DNA of 64,000 bases from Thermoanaerobaculia bacterium (GTDB lineage: Bacteria > Acidobacteriota > Thermoanaerobaculia > UBA5066), in the NCBI GenBank assembly GCA_963719225.1, contig CAVRAY010000001.1, positions 768,001-832,000 of the forward strand. The letters are read 5' to 3'. A program made the translations under genes and the position numbers. The notes beneath the pieces were generated by a model, which saw only the letters and a program-made list of their open reading frames with translations, did no database searches and had not been told where the DNA came from. Numbering within the stretch: position 1 is the first letter of the stretch; each line of letters starts with the position of its first letter. Of this stretch, positions 1 through 10,461 are shown in pieces.

Positions 1-254
1 GAGATTTCCCGAAGCGCCGGGACGGGGACGACGGGCAGCCCGTGCGGCCCGGCGAGGATCTCGGCGCTCTCCAGGGTGCGGCGCATCGGGCTCGCGTAGA
101 CGGCGCAGAGCGGCTCGTGGGCGAGGCGGTCGGCGAGATCGCGGAGCTGCGAACGCCCCGTATCCGAGAGGTCCACGTCCGTTTCGCCGGCGAAGCGGTC
201 CTCCGCCGTGAGCGTCGTCGCGCCGTGCCGGACGAGATAGACGCGCGTCGGCAT
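1..254 (-). CDS. Histidine phosphatase / phosphoglycerate mutase family protein (3' end runs off the window)
   Basis: Not in the ORF track. Manual translation MPTRVYLVRHGATTLTAEDRFAGETDVDLS...VYASPMRRTLESA contains the RHG catalytic motif and the SPxxR motif. Confidence 0.9.
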   Translation of the reverse strand, partial: MPTRVYLVRHGATTLTAEDRFAGETDVDLSDTGRSQLRDLADRLAHEPLCAVYASPMRRTLESAEILAGPHGLPVVPVPALREI

Positions 255-259
255 TCGGG

Positions 260-610
260 TCAGCCTTTCACGAGGAAATTTCGTTCGGAGAGGATTCTTC
301 GAAGGCTGTCGCGGTGGTCGCCCTGGAGCTCGATGAGGGCGTCACTGATCGTCCCACCGGTGCCGAGCTGCTTCTTCAGCTCCTTTCCCAAACCCTCTAA
401 GAAATCTGAATTCCTCGGAAGTCCGTCGAGAACCGTCACGATCTTCCCGCCTCGCCCTTTCTTCTCGATTCGCAGCTTGACGACCACCTTCGAAGGAACC
501 TTCTCTTCGACCTTAGAAGAGCACTTGCAGTCGTTCGCCGGCCAGCCGCACGTCGCGCAGACGGAGCCGACCGCCGTGGAATAGACGAGCCGGACGGGAT
601 CCTGCCTCAC
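260..610 (-). CDS. yciH: SUI1/YciH family translation initiation factor
   Basis: LVYST...CATCGWP...KKGRGGKIVT...LKKQLGTGGT...IELQGDHR signature. GTG start at 610 chosen because TATCCT lies 6 nt upstream. Confidence 0.9.
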   Translation of the reverse strand: MRQDPVRLVYSTAVGSVCATCGWPANDCKCSSKVEEKVPSKVVVKLRIEKKGRGGKIVTVLDGLPRNSDFLEGLGKELKKQLGTGGTISDALIELQGDHRDSLRRILSERNFLVKG

Positions 611-629
611 GACCTCAGGATAATCCCCC
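611..629. promoter_or_regulatory. Bidirectional leaderless promoter between yciH and arfB
   Basis: Only 19 bp separate the divergent starts. GATAAT (619-624) lies 5 nt before ATG630; TATCCT on the minus strand lies 6 nt before GTG610. Confidence 0.55.
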
Positions 630-1061
630 ATGGCCGATCCGATCCCGGTCGCCCCGGGTGTCACCATTCCGGAAGCCGCGCTCGAGGTGCGGCAGGTCAG
701 GGCGTCGGGTCCGGGCGGGCAGAACGTGAACAAGGTGGCGTCGCGCGTGGAGCTGCTCGTCGACGTCGAACGCATCGAAGGTCTGGACGCCGCCGCGCGC
801 GCTCGCCTTTACGTCCTGGCCGGGAGGAGGCGGGCCGCCGACGGGCGGCTGCGCCTCGTCGCCCAGGAAAGCCGCGACCGGCACCGGAACCTGGAAATCG
901 TCCGCGAGCGAGCCCGGGACCTCGTCGGCCGGGCCCTTCAGGCTCCCGCCGCCCGGCGGCCCACCCGCCCCTCCCGCGGCGCGAGAGAGGCGAGGCTTCG
1001 GACGAAAGCGAAGGAGAGCCGCCTCAAAGCGGCCCGCCGCCCGGTCGGGACCGATGAATAA
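630..1061 (+). CDS. arfB: Alternative ribosome rescue aminoacyl-tRNA hydrolase ArfB (YaeJ)
   Basis: RASGPGGQNVNKV GGQ motif; basic C-terminal tail RRPTRPSRGAREARL. Confidence 0.93.
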   Translation: MADPIPVAPGVTIPEAALEVRQVRASGPGGQNVNKVASRVELLVDVERIEGLDAAARARLYVLAGRRRAADGRLRLVAQESRDRHRNLEIVRERARDLVGRALQAPAARRPTRPSRGAREARLRTKAKESRLKAARRPVGTDE

Positions 1062-1156
1062 CCGAATAGCGCATCTGAACTACTGCAAGTAGCGCATCCC
1101 GGGCCCATCGTTCACTCTGGCGGGCCGTGGCGGCCTCTGCCCAGGAGGATTCGACT

Positions 1157-2494
1157 ATGTCATCCAATGCACCGCGGCAGTCTGTGACCGTCACCGACAA
1201 CCGCACCGGAAAAACGATCGAGGTCCCGATCCAGAACGGGACGATCAAGGCGCTCGACCTTCGGGTCCTGAAGACGTCCCCGGACGACTTCGGCCTGATG
1301 ACCTACGACCCCGCGTTCATGAACACGGCGTCTTGCAAGAGCAAGATCACGTTCATCGACGGGGACAAGGGCATCCTGGAATACCGGGGATACCCGATCG
1401 CTGAGCTCGCCGAGAACACGACGTATCTCGAGACCGCGTATCTCGTCCTCAACGGGGAGCTGCCGACCAAGCAGCAGCACACGGACTGGGTGAAAGACGT
1501 CACCTTCCACACGATGGTCCACGAGGACATCAAGGACTTGATGGCGGCCTTCCGGTACGACGCGCACCCCATGGGAGTGCTCGCCTCCACGGTCGCGGCG
1601 CTGTCCACGTTCTATCCGGAAGCGAAGGACGTTCACTCGCCCGAGACCCGGAGGCAGCAGATCGTGCGCCTGGTCGCGAAGATGCCGACGCTGGCCGCGT
1701 TTGCCTACCGCCACTCGATCGGCTTCCCCTATGCGTATCCGGACAACGACCTGTCGTACACCGGCAACTTCCTGCAGATGATGTACCGCGCGGCCGAGCC
1801 GAAGTACCGGCCGAATCCCGTCCTCGAGCGGGCTTTGGAAGTCCTCTTCATCCTGCATGCCGACCACGAGCAGAACTGCTCGACGAACGCGATGCGCGCG
1901 ATCGGCTCCTCGGAGGCCGACCCGTATTGCTCGGCAGCCGGCGCGATCTCGGCCCTCTACGGCCCGCTGCACGGCGGGGCGAACGAGGCCGTCCTCCGCA
2001 TGCTGTTCGAGATCGGCTCGAAGGCGAACATCCCGGCGTTCATCAAGTCCGTCAAGGAGAGCGGCGGCGAGACGCGCCTCATGGGCTTCGGCCACCGCGT
2101 CTACAAGAACTACGACCCGCGCGCGAAGGTCATCAAGAACATGGCCGAGAAGGTCTTCGAGGTCACGGGCCGCAACCCGCTCCTCGACATCGCCCTCGAG
2201 CTCGAGCGCATCGCGCTCCAGGACGAGTACTTCCTGAAACGCAAGCTCTACCCGAACGTGGACTTCTATTCGGGCCTCATCTACCAGGCCATGAAGTTCC
2301 CCGTCGAGATGTTCCCGGTGCTCTTCGCGATTCCGCGCATGTCCGGCTGGCTCGCCCAGTGGAACGAGATGATCGAGGACAAGGAGCAGAAGATCGCCCG
2401 GCCGCGTCAGGTCTTCCTCGGCGCTCGGGAGCGTCACTTCACCCCGTTCGAGAAGAGGGAAGTCAAGACGGAGGGCGTGCTCACGACGGTGTAA
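1157..2494 (+). CDS. gltA: Citrate synthase
   Basis: [33 protein letters not shown] and YPNVDFYSG motifs; AGGAGG RBS before ATG1157. Confidence 0.97.
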   Translation: MSSNAPRQSVTVTDNRTGKTIEVPIQNGTIKALDLRVLKTSPDDFGLMTYDPAFMNTASCKSKITFIDGDKGILEYRGYPIAELAENTTYLETAYLVLNGELPTKQQHTDWVKDVTFHTMVHEDIKDLMAAFRYDAHPMGVLASTVAALSTFYPEAKDVHSPETRRQQIVRLVAKMPTLAAFAYRHSIGFPYAYPDNDLSYTGNFLQMMYRAAEPKYRPNPVLERALEVLFILHADHEQNCSTNAMRAIGSSEADPYCSAAGAISALYGPLHGGANEAVLRMLFEIGSKANIPAFIKSVKESGGETRLMGFGHRVYKNYDPRAKVIKNMAEKVFEVTGRNPLLDIALELERIALQDEYFLKRKLYPNVDFYSGLIYQAMKFPVEMFPVLFAIPRMSGWLAQWNEMIEDKEQKIARPRQVFLGARERHFTPFEKREVKTEGVLTTV

Positions 2495-2897
2495 TCGGCA
2501 AACGCGTGATCGGGGTCGGCTGCCTCTTCTCGTCCACGTTCACGTAGACGACCTCGGCCTCGGTCACCTTCACGGTCTCGTCCGTCTTCCGCCAGCGCTC
2601 GGCGGTGACGAGGACCTTGATGGTGATCGAGGTTCGGCCGATGCGGGCGACGGTCGTGTAGAAGCTCACGACGTCGCCCACGAAGACGGGGGCGTGGAAG
2701 ACGACCTCGTTCATCTTCACGGTGAGGACGCGGTCGCAGTGCGCCCGCGTCGCGATCGCCCCGGCCTGGTCGATGTAGGCGAGGAGCACTCCGCCGAAGA
2801 TCGTGCCCTGGCCGTTCGTGTCGCGCGGGAACATCGACACGCGGATCGCGGGCTGGAGACCCGGGGACGAGGATTGAGCGCCGGTCTCGGAGTTCAT
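2481..2897 (-). CDS. Acyl-CoA thioesterase (hotdog fold, YciA-like)
   Basis: [25 protein letters not shown]...[10 protein letters not shown]. Confidence 0.9.
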   Translation of the reverse strand: MNSETGAQSSSPGLQPAIRVSMFPRDTNGQGTIFGGVLLAYIDQAGAIATRAHCDRVLTVKMNEVVFHAPVFVGDVVSFYTTVARIGRTSITIKVLVTAERWRKTDETVKVTEAEVVYVNVDEKRQPTPITRLPITPS

Positions 2898-2928
2898 GGC
2901 GGGATTATGGCGGGCTAAGATCCTTTTC

Positions 2929-5118
2929 ATGCCCGCCGCGAAAGCCGGCCTATTCCTCGGTCGTGCCGTCGATCCGGCTTCGGGCAGGACCGGCACGGAG
3001 CCTTTCCTCCTCGATCCCGCGGACCTCACGACCCACGGACTCATCGTCGGCATGACGGGGAGCGGCAAGACGGCTCTCGGCATCGTTCTCATCGAGGAGC
3101 TGCTTACCCGCGGCATTCCCGTTCTCGCGATCGATCCGAAAGGCGACCTCGGCAACCTCCTGCTCGACTTCCCGCGGCTCTCGGCCGAGGAGTTCGCGCC
3201 TTTCGTCGATCCGACCGCGGGCACGGCCGAGTCCGAGGCGAAGAAATGGATGGACGGCCTCGCGGGCTGGGGCCTCGGCCCGACGGACGTCCAGGTGCTC
3301 GTCGACAGCCGCGACGCGGTGATCTACACGCCCGGGTCCACGTCCGGAACGCCGGTCGATCTCTTCGGCTCCTGCACGCCCCCCCCGCGGGAGGCCGACG
3401 AGGAAGACCGCCGCGACGTCGTCACGGCCTTCGTGGGAGGGCTGCTGGGCCTCGCGGGCCGCGACGCGGATCCCGTGAAATCGCGCGACTTCATCTATCT
3501 CTCGCTTTGCGTGACGGGGCTCTGGGAGAAGGGCGAGACCGCGACGTTCGAGTCGCTCCTCGAGTTCGCGGCGGCGCCGCCGTTCGCGAAGGTGGGTGCG
3601 CTGCCGCTCGAGACGTTTTATCCCGCGAAGGAGCGGCAGGAGCTCGTCCTGGCGGTCAATTCCCTTCTCGCGTCGCCCGCGACGGCGGCGTTCCGCGAAG
3701 GGGAGCCGCTCGACGTCGGCAGGATGCTGGCGCCCACGCCGGCCGGAGGAAAGGCACGCCTTTCGATCGTCTCGATCGCGCATCTCGGCGACGCCGAGCG
3801 CGTCTTCGTCGTGGCGACGCTCCTCGCGCGCGTGAAGGCCTGGATGCGCTCGCTGCCGGGCAGCCCCGCCCTGAGAGCGCTCGTCTACGTCGACGAGATC
3901 TTCGGGTTCTTCCCGCCCTCGGCCGAGCCCCCCACGAAGAGGCCGCTCCTCACGCTCCTCAAGCAGGCGCGCGCGTTCGGCGTGGGAGTCGTCCTCGCCT
4001 CGCAGAATCCCGTCGACCTCGACTACCGCGGTCTCGCGAACTGCGGCTGCTGGTGGGTGGGCACGCTCCAGACGGAGCGGGACAAGCTGCGTCTCTCCGA
4101 GGGCCTCGTGGAAGCGGGCGGCAAGGACGCCTCGGCGCTTCTGACGAAAACGCGAAAGCGCGTGTTTCTCCTGAACGACGTGCACCGCAAGGAGCCGGCG
4201 CTGATCGAGACGCGCTGGGCGATGAGCTATCTCCGCGGGCCGATGACCAAGGCCGACCTCGCGAGGCTGAAGAGCGGAAGCGCCGTGCCGCCGCCGCCGC
4301 GAAAAGCGCCCGCGGGCCCTTCGGCACCCGCCCTTCCTTCGGCCTGGCCGGCGCGATGGCTCGAGAAGAGAAATGCCGACATCGCCTCTCCGGCGCTCTT
4401 CGTGAAATATGCCGTGCGCTTCCGCTCGGGGACGTCGTCCGCGCCGGAAACCACCGCGGCGAAGCTCTTCCCCCTGAACGCGGGATCTCCCGCGGAGGTG
4501 CTGGAGGGCGAAACCCTCGACCTCGGGCCCGCCGGCCTGGAGTCGCTGAAGGCCGCGGCGCCCGCCCGGCCGCTCAGCTACGCCGATCTGCCCGCGTGGC
4601 TCGGCGAGGGCACGGTGAAGACCGTCGAGAAGGCGGTGCGCTCGCGCCTTCCGGACAAGCTCGCGACGACGCTCTGGAGAGACCCCGTCACGGGGGCGCT
4701 CTCCGCTTCCGGCGAATCGCCGGAAGACTTCGCGAAGCGCCTCGCGGCGGGCGCCGAAGCGCCGGCCGCGCTACGCGAGAAGCTCGAGAAGAAACGCCGC
4801 GATCTCGCTGCGGCCGAGGCCGTCGAGCAGGGCAGATCGATGGAAACGTACGCCTCGATCGGCACGGCCGCCCTCGACGTCCTCGGCGGTTTGCTCGGGA
4901 AGCGGAAGTCGCTGCGCGTGGGAAGAGTCGGCTCGGTCCTGACGAAGCGCAGGATGGAAGGAACGGCCGAATCGAAAGTCGAAGGGCTGAGAGCCGAGAT
5001 CGCCGCGCTGGAGGCGAAGGTCGCTCCGCCGGACACGAGCCGCTTCGAGAAGGTGAACGTCGTCCCGGCCGCGGCGCACGTCGACGTGCTGTCGATCGGA
5101 ATTGCCTGGATTTGTTGA
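2929..5118 (+). CDS. HerA/FtsK-like P-loop ATPase (DUF87/DUF853-type)
   Basis: [14 protein letters not shown] Walker A, IDPKGD, VYVDE Walker [23 protein letters not shown]; C-terminal coiled coil. Confidence 0.85.
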   Translation: MPAAKAGLFLGRAVDPASGRTGTEPFLLDPADLTTHGLIVGMTGSGKTALGIVLIEELLTRGIPVLAIDPKGDLGNLLLDFPRLSAEEFAPFVDPTAGTAESEAKKWMDGLAGWGLGPTDVQVLVDSRDAVIYTPGSTSGTPVDLFGSCTPPPREADEEDRRDVVTAFVGGLLGLAGRDADPVKSRDFIYLSLCVTGLWEKGETATFESLLEFAAAPPFAKVGALPLETFYPAKERQELVLAVNSLLASPATAAFREGEPLDVGRMLAPTPAGGKARLSIVSIAHLGDAERVFVVATLLARVKAWMRSLPGSPALRALVYVDEIFGFFPPSAEPPTKRPLLTLLKQARAFGVGVVLASQNPVDLDYRGLANCGCWWVGTLQTERDKLRLSEGLVEAGGKDASALLTKTRKRVFLLNDVHRKEPALIETRWAMSYLRGPMTKADLARLKSGSAVPPPPRKAPAGPSAPALPSAWPARWLEKRNADIASPALFVKYAVRFRSGTSSAPETTAAKLFPLNAGSPAEVLEGETLDLGPAGLESLKAAAPARPLSYADLPAWLGEGTVKTVEKAVRSRLPDKLATTLWRDPVTGALSASGESPEDFAKRLAAGAEAPAALREKLEKKRRDLAAAEAVEQGRSMETYASIGTAALDVLGGLLGKRKSLRVGRVGSVLTKRRMEGTAESKVEGLRAEIAALEAKVAPPDTSRFEKVNVVPAAAHVDVLSIGIAWIC

Positions 5119-5129
5119 GAGGAGAGTAA

Positions 5130-5501
5130 GTGCCGAAGATTTCTCCGCGGAAGGAAGTCACCGAGCACCCGCTCTATCGCGCGGCCATGGCCGCGCAGCA
5201 CATCGCCTATCAGCTCATGCGCGAGGTGCCGCCCGAGCACAAGGCCGCCGCGACGCGTCTGCACGCGTCGCTCGTCCACGCGACGACGTACGCGGCGTAC
5301 GCGGTCGACCCCGACGTGACCGACAAGGAGGCGCAGTGGGCGGGCCTCGCCTCGACCGCCGCACGCGCGAAGGAGCAGCTCGAGCCGCTCGCCCAGTTCG
5401 CGGGCGACGCGCGCGACGTGGAGAAGCTGGGCGAAAGAATCGCCGAGCTGTCTCAAGCCGCGGAAAAAGGGGTCACTCCTCTTTCTTCGTCCCCAAGATG
5501 A
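5130..5501 (+). CDS. Small all-helical protein, divergent four-helix-bundle-like
   Basis: GAGGAG RBS and GTG start; host-like codon usage; LYRAAMAAQHIAYQLMREVPPE...ATRL pattern resembles four-helix-bundle proteins. Confidence 0.6.
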   Translation: MPKISPRKEVTEHPLYRAAMAAQHIAYQLMREVPPEHKAAATRLHASLVHATTYAAYAVDPDVTDKEAQWAGLASTAARAKEQLEPLAQFAGDARDVEKLGERIAELSQAAEKGVTPLSSSPR

Positions 5502-5814
5502 CGAGCACGATCAGGAGCAGGAGCACGATCAGCCCGATGACGATCGTCGTCGTGCGCGAAGAGCCGGCCGGAGGCTCGGGCGCCGCCGTGCCGGTCCTGG
5601 CGACCTCCGCTTTCGTGGGGGCCGGCTTCGGAGCTTCGGCCGTCGCGGGAGCCGGAACCGCGGTCGACGGAGCGCCCGTCGAGGCCGTGGAGGACGTCGT
5701 CGACGTTTCGGCCGGTTTCGTCGGGGCGGGACCGGCGGTCGACTGTGACAGCGCGGCGGAGGAGGCGAGGGCGAACGCCAGGAGGAGGGCGGTCATCGGG
5801 AAGCGTGGCTTCAT
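5473..5814 (-). CDS. Small exported Pro/Thr/Ala/Ser-rich protein with C-terminal membrane anchor
   Basis: Signal peptide, low-complexity linker, then IVIGLIVLLLLIVLVILG followed by TKKEE. Confidence 0.7.
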   Translation of the reverse strand: MKPRFPMTALLLAFALASSAALSQSTAGPAPTKPAETSTTSSTASTGAPSTAVPAPATAEAPKPAPTKAEVARTGTAAPEPPAGSSRTTTIVIGLIVLLLLIVLVILGTKKEE

Positions 5815-5868
5815 GACGGGTGAAACTATCGGGCGGAGCCGAAGGCGTCAAGCGGCCGGGGCTCACGG

Positions 5869-7407
5869 GTGACCGAGCTCCCCGGGGCGCGTTGGCGCCT
5901 CGATGCTGCCGTTTTCCTCTCGGGCGCGGCTTTGATGGGGCTCGAGATCGTGGGGAGCCGCGTCCTGGCTCCCGTCTTCGGGACGTCGCTTTTCGTCTGG
6001 GGCGCCCTCATCACGACGTTCCTCGCCGCCCTCGCTCTCGGCTATGCCTTCGGCGGGCGGCTGGCCGATCGCCGGCCCGATCCGGCGATGCTGGCCGGGC
6101 TCCTGGCATGCAGCGGAATCGTCCTCTTCCTGGTCTTCGCCTCACCGCATGCCCTCATCGCCGCGCTCGGCCGGGCTCCGATTCCCGAACGCTTTCGCCC
6201 GCTCGTCGCGGCCGTGGTGCTGTTCGGCCCGCCGAGCGTCCTCATGGGCATGGTGACGCCATTCGCCGTGCGCCTCGCGGCGAGGGAAATCGCGACCGTC
6301 GGCTCGGCGTCGGGCCGCCTCTCGGCGCTCTCCACCGCAGGCTCGATTCTCGGAACGTTCGCCACGGCTTTCTTCCTCATCCCGGCGTTCGCGACCCGGC
6401 CGATTCTTTTCGGCCTCGGCGCGACGCTTCTCGCGGCCTCCCTGCTCGTACCGGCGCCGCGGACGGCCGCGCGGCTCGCGATCGTCTCGCTCCTCGTGGT
6501 CGGGGCGGCCGTCACGTACCTCGTCGTGTCCACGGGCGCGGTCTCGCCCGAGCCGGCCGGGGTGGTCGTTTACGAGAAAGAGACGGCCTATCACCACATC
6601 CGCGTCGTCGATGCGGGCCTGAGACGCTCGCTCTACTTCGACAACCGCACGCAGGGCTACGTTGCGGTGCGGCCCGGCCTCGTGCTGCCGAAAGGCTACC
6701 GGGACGGGATGATGCTCGCGCTGGTCTTTCCGGTGCGTCCGGTGCGGAGCGCGGTCATGATCGGCCTCGGGGCGGGGATGGTTCCGTCTCTCCTCTCCGA
6801 GCGCGCGCCGGAGATTGCCACCACCTCGATCGAGATCGACCCGGAGGTCGTCGAGACCGCGCGGCGCTTCTTCCGGTTCACGACGCCTGCGAACGGACGC
6901 GTCCTCGTGGGCGACGGCAGGCGCGAGCTCGACCGCCAGGTTCCGGCGACCGACGTCGTGTTCGTGGACGCCTACTTCGCGGACAGTCTTCCCTTCCATC
7001 TCGTCACGAAGGAGTTCTTCGAGCTCTGTCGTCGAAAGCTCCCGCCCGACGGCGTCCTCGCGATGAACTTCGGCGGCAACCTCACGGGACGGCGGAACGC
7101 CCTCTTCTGGGCGGCGGTCAAGACCGTCCGCCTCGTCTTCCCGCGCACGTACATTTTCTCGTCCGAGCTCTCGGCGGGGCGTGCGACCTTCGACGGGAAC
7201 GCCATCCTCATCGCGACGCGATCCGCGGACCGGCTCGACAAAGCCACGATCGCCGACCGGGCCGAAGCGGTCGCGGCGAAACTCTCCCGCCCGCCCGTCA
7301 CGGAATGGGCGGCGACCCTCTACGAGGGCGAGCTGAAGATCGGGGATGTCCCCGTGCTCACGGACGCTTACGCGCCGACCGACGCGCTCCAGAACCTCTC
7401 GCGATGA
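5869..7407 (+). CDS. Fused membrane domain / spermidine synthase-like methyltransferase
   Basis: N-terminal TM helices (LEIVGSRVLAPVFGTSLFVW), then IGLGAG SAM motif, EIDPEV, DGR, DAY, LTDAYAP. Confidence 0.88.
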   Translation: MTELPGARWRLDAAVFLSGAALMGLEIVGSRVLAPVFGTSLFVWGALITTFLAALALGYAFGGRLADRRPDPAMLAGLLACSGIVLFLVFASPHALIAALGRAPIPERFRPLVAAVVLFGPPSVLMGMVTPFAVRLAAREIATVGSASGRLSALSTAGSILGTFATAFFLIPAFATRPILFGLGATLLAASLLVPAPRTAARLAIVSLLVVGAAVTYLVVSTGAVSPEPAGVVVYEKETAYHHIRVVDAGLRRSLYFDNRTQGYVAVRPGLVLPKGYRDGMMLALVFPVRPVRSAVMIGLGAGMVPSLLSERAPEIATTSIEIDPEVVETARRFFRFTTPANGRVLVGDGRRELDRQVPATDVVFVDAYFADSLPFHLVTKEFFELCRRKLPPDGVLAMNFGGNLTGRRNALFWAAVKTVRLVFPRTYIFSSELSAGRATFDGNAILIATRSADRLDKATIADRAEAVAAKLSRPPVTEWAATLYEGELKIGDVPVLTDAYAPTDALQNLSR

Positions 7408-8399
7408 ATCCTCGAGGCCGCCTCGCCTCGGGCGCGTTCGCCCTCGCGGCGCTCGCGGCCTGCGGGCCCCGCGAGCGGCCGGCGGAGAGCTTCGCCCCCG
7501 ATCGCGCGGGCGAGACGCTCGAGGCCGACACGCGGGCGCTGTGTGCGCTCGGGCCGCGCGTCACGGGCACGGACGCGTGCGCGCGGGCTGAGGAGTGGGC
7601 GGCCGCGCGCTTTCGCGAGTCGGGACTCGACGTGCGCTTCGAGGAATGGGACTGGTCCGGGCGCCCTTCCGGCGCGGCGCCGCCGCGGAACGTCGTCGCG
7701 GAGATTCCGGGCCGGGATCGGCCGGGAGAAATCGTCCTCCTGGCCGCGCATCTCGACTCGGTGGCGGGAAGCCCCGGAGCGAACGACGACGCCGTGAACG
7801 TGGCGCTCGTCCTGGGGGCCGCCCGGACGGTCCGGGCGAGGGGTCCTCTGGGCCGGTCGGCGCGCTTCGTCCTCTTCACGGGGGAGGAACAGAAGCTCCT
7901 CGGGTCACGGGCCTACGTGAAGGCCCACGAGAAAGAGCTCGGGCGGGTCGTCGTCGCGATCGTTTACGACCTCGGCTCCGCGCGGACGCTGGGCTTCTAC
8001 CTGAACGGACGGAAGGAGGATCTGCGCGCTCTCTTCAGGCGCGCCCTCGCCGGCCGTGAAGCCTGGCGCGGCCTCTTCGGCCTCTACACGGTCTGGGCGG
8101 GCGCCGACAGCTTCTCGTTCGTCGAGGCCGGCGTTCCGACGTTGACCGCGTTGCAGGATCTCGAGCCCTATCGCGCCGTCTATCACTCGGAAAAGGACAC
8201 GGTCGAGACCGTGGATTTCGCGGCCTCGCGCGCGAATGCGGCGCTGGCCGCCGCCCTCGTGAAAGGCATTGCCGACGACCCGCAGCCCGCCCTGCGACGG
8301 ATGACCCCGGAGGAGACCGCGGCGCTCCTGACACGTCACGGACTCGGGAAGGCCCCTCCGCCCCTCAGTTCGTCCGCTCCCCCGACCGCTCCTCCCTGA
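7404..8399 (+). CDS. M28 family Zn peptidase, probable lipoprotein
   Basis: LAAC lipobox; NVVAEIPG, AHLDS, GANDDA, FTGEEQ, YHSEKD; ATGA overlap with the upstream gene. Confidence 0.88.
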   Translation: MNPRGRLASGAFALAALAACGPRERPAESFAPDRAGETLEADTRALCALGPRVTGTDACARAEEWAAARFRESGLDVRFEEWDWSGRPSGAAPPRNVVAEIPGRDRPGEIVLLAAHLDSVAGSPGANDDAVNVALVLGAARTVRARGPLGRSARFVLFTGEEQKLLGSRAYVKAHEKELGRVVVAIVYDLGSARTLGFYLNGRKEDLRALFRRALAGREAWRGLFGLYTVWAGADSFSFVEAGVPTLTALQDLEPYRAVYHSEKDTVETVDFAASRANAALAAALVKGIADDPQPALRRMTPEETAALLTRHGLGKAPPPLSSSAPPTAPP

Positions 8400-8736
8400 G
8401 CTGGACCAGCTCGGCCCTGAGAGCGGAAAGATCGTTCAGGAGGCTTTCGCGGTCGCCCTCGGGAATCCCGGCGAGGGCCGGCTCGGAGGTCAGGAGGCTG
8501 GCGACCTCCGCCAGCTTCGTCTCGGCGAGTCCGAGCGCCTCTTCCACGTCGCTCCCCGGAAGGTCGAGAAAAGCCTCGCCGACGAGCGACGGGACCGATA
8601 CGGCGGCCTTCCGGAGCCGGGTGCCGGCTTCGGTGCCCTTCGCCCCGGAGGCCTCGACGGCAGCGTAAATCGTGTGAGCAAAACTCATTCCGCGCTTCCA
8701 GGTCGGGAGGTTCTTGTAGCCGCTCACCATATCCAT
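8365..8736 (-). CDS. Four-helix-bundle protein (23S rRNA IVS-protein-like family), divergent
   Basis: [18 protein letters not shown]...[16 protein letters not shown] matches the YxxLxVW...QLRRAAVSIPxNIAEG pattern. Confidence 0.72.
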   Translation of the reverse strand: MDMVSGYKNLPTWKRGMSFAHTIYAAVEASGAKGTEAGTRLRKAAVSVPSLVGEAFLDLPGSDVEEALGLAETKLAEVASLLTSEPALAGIPEGDRESLLNDLSALRAELVQLREERSGERTN

Positions 8737-8830
8737 CCTAGTACGTTTGCATGGTCGTATGCGTCGCAATGCCGGTGCTAGGCTTCGTCGTTGGGCACGT
8801 CCGACCGACGTGCAGGGAAGGAGCGAAGTC

Positions 8831-9757
8831 ATGCGACGCAAAGTCACTGTGATCGGGGCGGGAAACGTGGGCGCGACCGTCGCCCAGAGAATCGTCGAAA
8901 AAGAGCTCGCGGACGTCGTTCTCGTGGACGTCATCGAAGGGGTCCCGCAGGGCAAGGGGCTGGACATGGTCCAGTCGGGTGCCGTCGAGGGTTTCGACAT
9001 GCGGATCGTCGGCACGAACGGCTACGAGGAGACCGAAGGGTCCGACCTCGTGATCCTCACGGCCGGTCTCGCCCGCAAGCCGGGCATGTCGCGCGACGAC
9101 CTCCTGCGCAAGAACGAGGAGATCGTCGCGGGCTGCATCTCGAAGACGACGCGCGGCTCGCGCGACCTCAAGGTCATCGTCGTCACGAACCCGCTCGACG
9201 CGATGTGCGAGGTCGTCCGCCGCATCACGAAGCTGCCCAAGCAGAACGTGATCGGGATGGCGGGCATCCTCGACAGCGCGCGCATGCGCGCGTTCATCGC
9301 GATGGAGCTCGGGGTCTCGATGACGAACATCCACGCCACCGTCCTCGGCGGCCACGGCGACACGATGGTTCCGCTCCCGCGGTACTCCACGGTGGCCGGC
9401 GTGCCGATCACCGAGCTGATGTCCCCCGAGCGCGTGGCGGCGATCGTCAAGCGCACCGCGGGCGGCGGCGCCGAGATCGTGAACTTCCTGAAGACGGGCT
9501 CGGCGTATTACGCCCCGTCCGCGGCCGCCGTCGAGATGGCCGAGGCGATCTTCAACGACCGCAAGAAGATCCTGCCCTGCGCCGCGTACCTCGAAGGCGA
9601 GTACGGGATCAACGGCGTCTTCGTGGGCGTGCCGGTCGTCCTCGGCAAGAACGGCATCGAGAGGATCATCGAGCTCAAGCTCACCCCGGAGGAGTCCGCC
9701 GCTCTCAAGAAGTCCGCCGGCTCCGTTCATGAGCTCGTCGGATTGCTGACCGTCTGA
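8831..9757 (+). CDS. mdh: Malate dehydrogenase (LDH-like)
   Basis: [44 protein letters not shown]. Confidence 0.97.
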   Translation: MRRKVTVIGAGNVGATVAQRIVEKELADVVLVDVIEGVPQGKGLDMVQSGAVEGFDMRIVGTNGYEETEGSDLVILTAGLARKPGMSRDDLLRKNEEIVAGCISKTTRGSRDLKVIVVTNPLDAMCEVVRRITKLPKQNVIGMAGILDSARMRAFIAMELGVSMTNIHATVLGGHGDTMVPLPRYSTVAGVPITELMSPERVAAIVKRTAGGGAEIVNFLKTGSAYYAPSAAAVEMAEAIFNDRKKILPCAAYLEGEYGINGVFVGVPVVLGKNGIERIIELKLTPEESAALKKSAGSVHELVGLLTV

Positions 9758-9792
9758 TCACGCCGGAGAACTGAAGGAGGAGACTCGATCGC

Positions 9793-10461
9793 ATGGCGGC
9801 CCCCGCGCAACTCCTGAATTCGTCGGTCGGCAAGAAGATCGTCATGGCGATCACCGGGATCGTCCTTTCGGTTTTCGTCCTCGGCCACATGGCCGGAAAC
9901 CTGCAGGCCTTCCTCCCGAACGGGCCCGCGGCGCTGGACCACTACGGGGCCTTCCTGCGAGAGCTCGTGCACGGCACGGGAATCTGGTTCGTGAGGGCCG
10001 GGCTCCTCCTCGCGGTGGGCCTCCACATCTGGTCCTACCTCGGCCTCACGCAGAAGAGCCTCGCGGCCCGGCCGGAGGGCTACCGGGTCACGGACTACGA
10101 AGAGGCCACTCTGGCGTCGCGTTCCATGCGCTGGACGGGGCCTCTCCTCGCGGTCTTCATCGTCTACCACATCCTCCACATGACGACGGGCACCCTGCAC
10201 CCGAGCTTCGTCGAGGGCCGGGTCTACCAGAACCTCGTCGCCGGCCTCACGCCCGTCGCCGTCGCGCTCTTCTACCTCGTCGCGATGGGCGCGCTCGCGT
10301 TTCACCTCTACCACGGCGCCTGGAGCATGTTGCAGACCCTGGGCCTTTCGCACCCGAAGTACGACCCCTGGCGCAAGACCCTCGCGACCCTTTTCACGAT
10401 CGTCGTGTGCGCCGGGTTCGCCCTCGTCCCGATCGCGGTCCTCGCGGGGTGGCTGAAATGA
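9793..10461 (+). CDS. sdhC: Succinate dehydrogenase/fumarate reductase cytochrome b subunit
   Basis: [13 protein letters not shown]...HMAGNL; five TM helices with haem His residues; operon context. Confidence 0.93.
   Translation: MAAPAQLLNSSVGKKIVMAITGIVLSVFVLGHMAGNLQAFLPNGPAALDHYGAFLRELVHGTGIWFVRAGLLLAVGLHIWSYLGLTQKSLAARPEGYRVTDYEEATLASRSMRWTGPLLAVFIVYHILHMTTGTLHPSFVEGRVYQNLVAGLTPVAVALFYLVAMGALAFHLYHGAWSMLQTLGLSHPKYDPWRKTLATLFTIVVCAGFALVPIAVLAGWLK

Noticed and set aside
2929-5118. HerA-based anti-phage defence system
   Set aside because: No adjacent SIR2, nuclease or DUF4297 effector; housekeeping context.
5130-8736. Four-helix-bundle proteins as Avd of a diversity-generating retroelement or as an rRNA intervening sequence
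   Set aside because: No reverse transcriptase, template/variable repeat pair or rRNA in the window.
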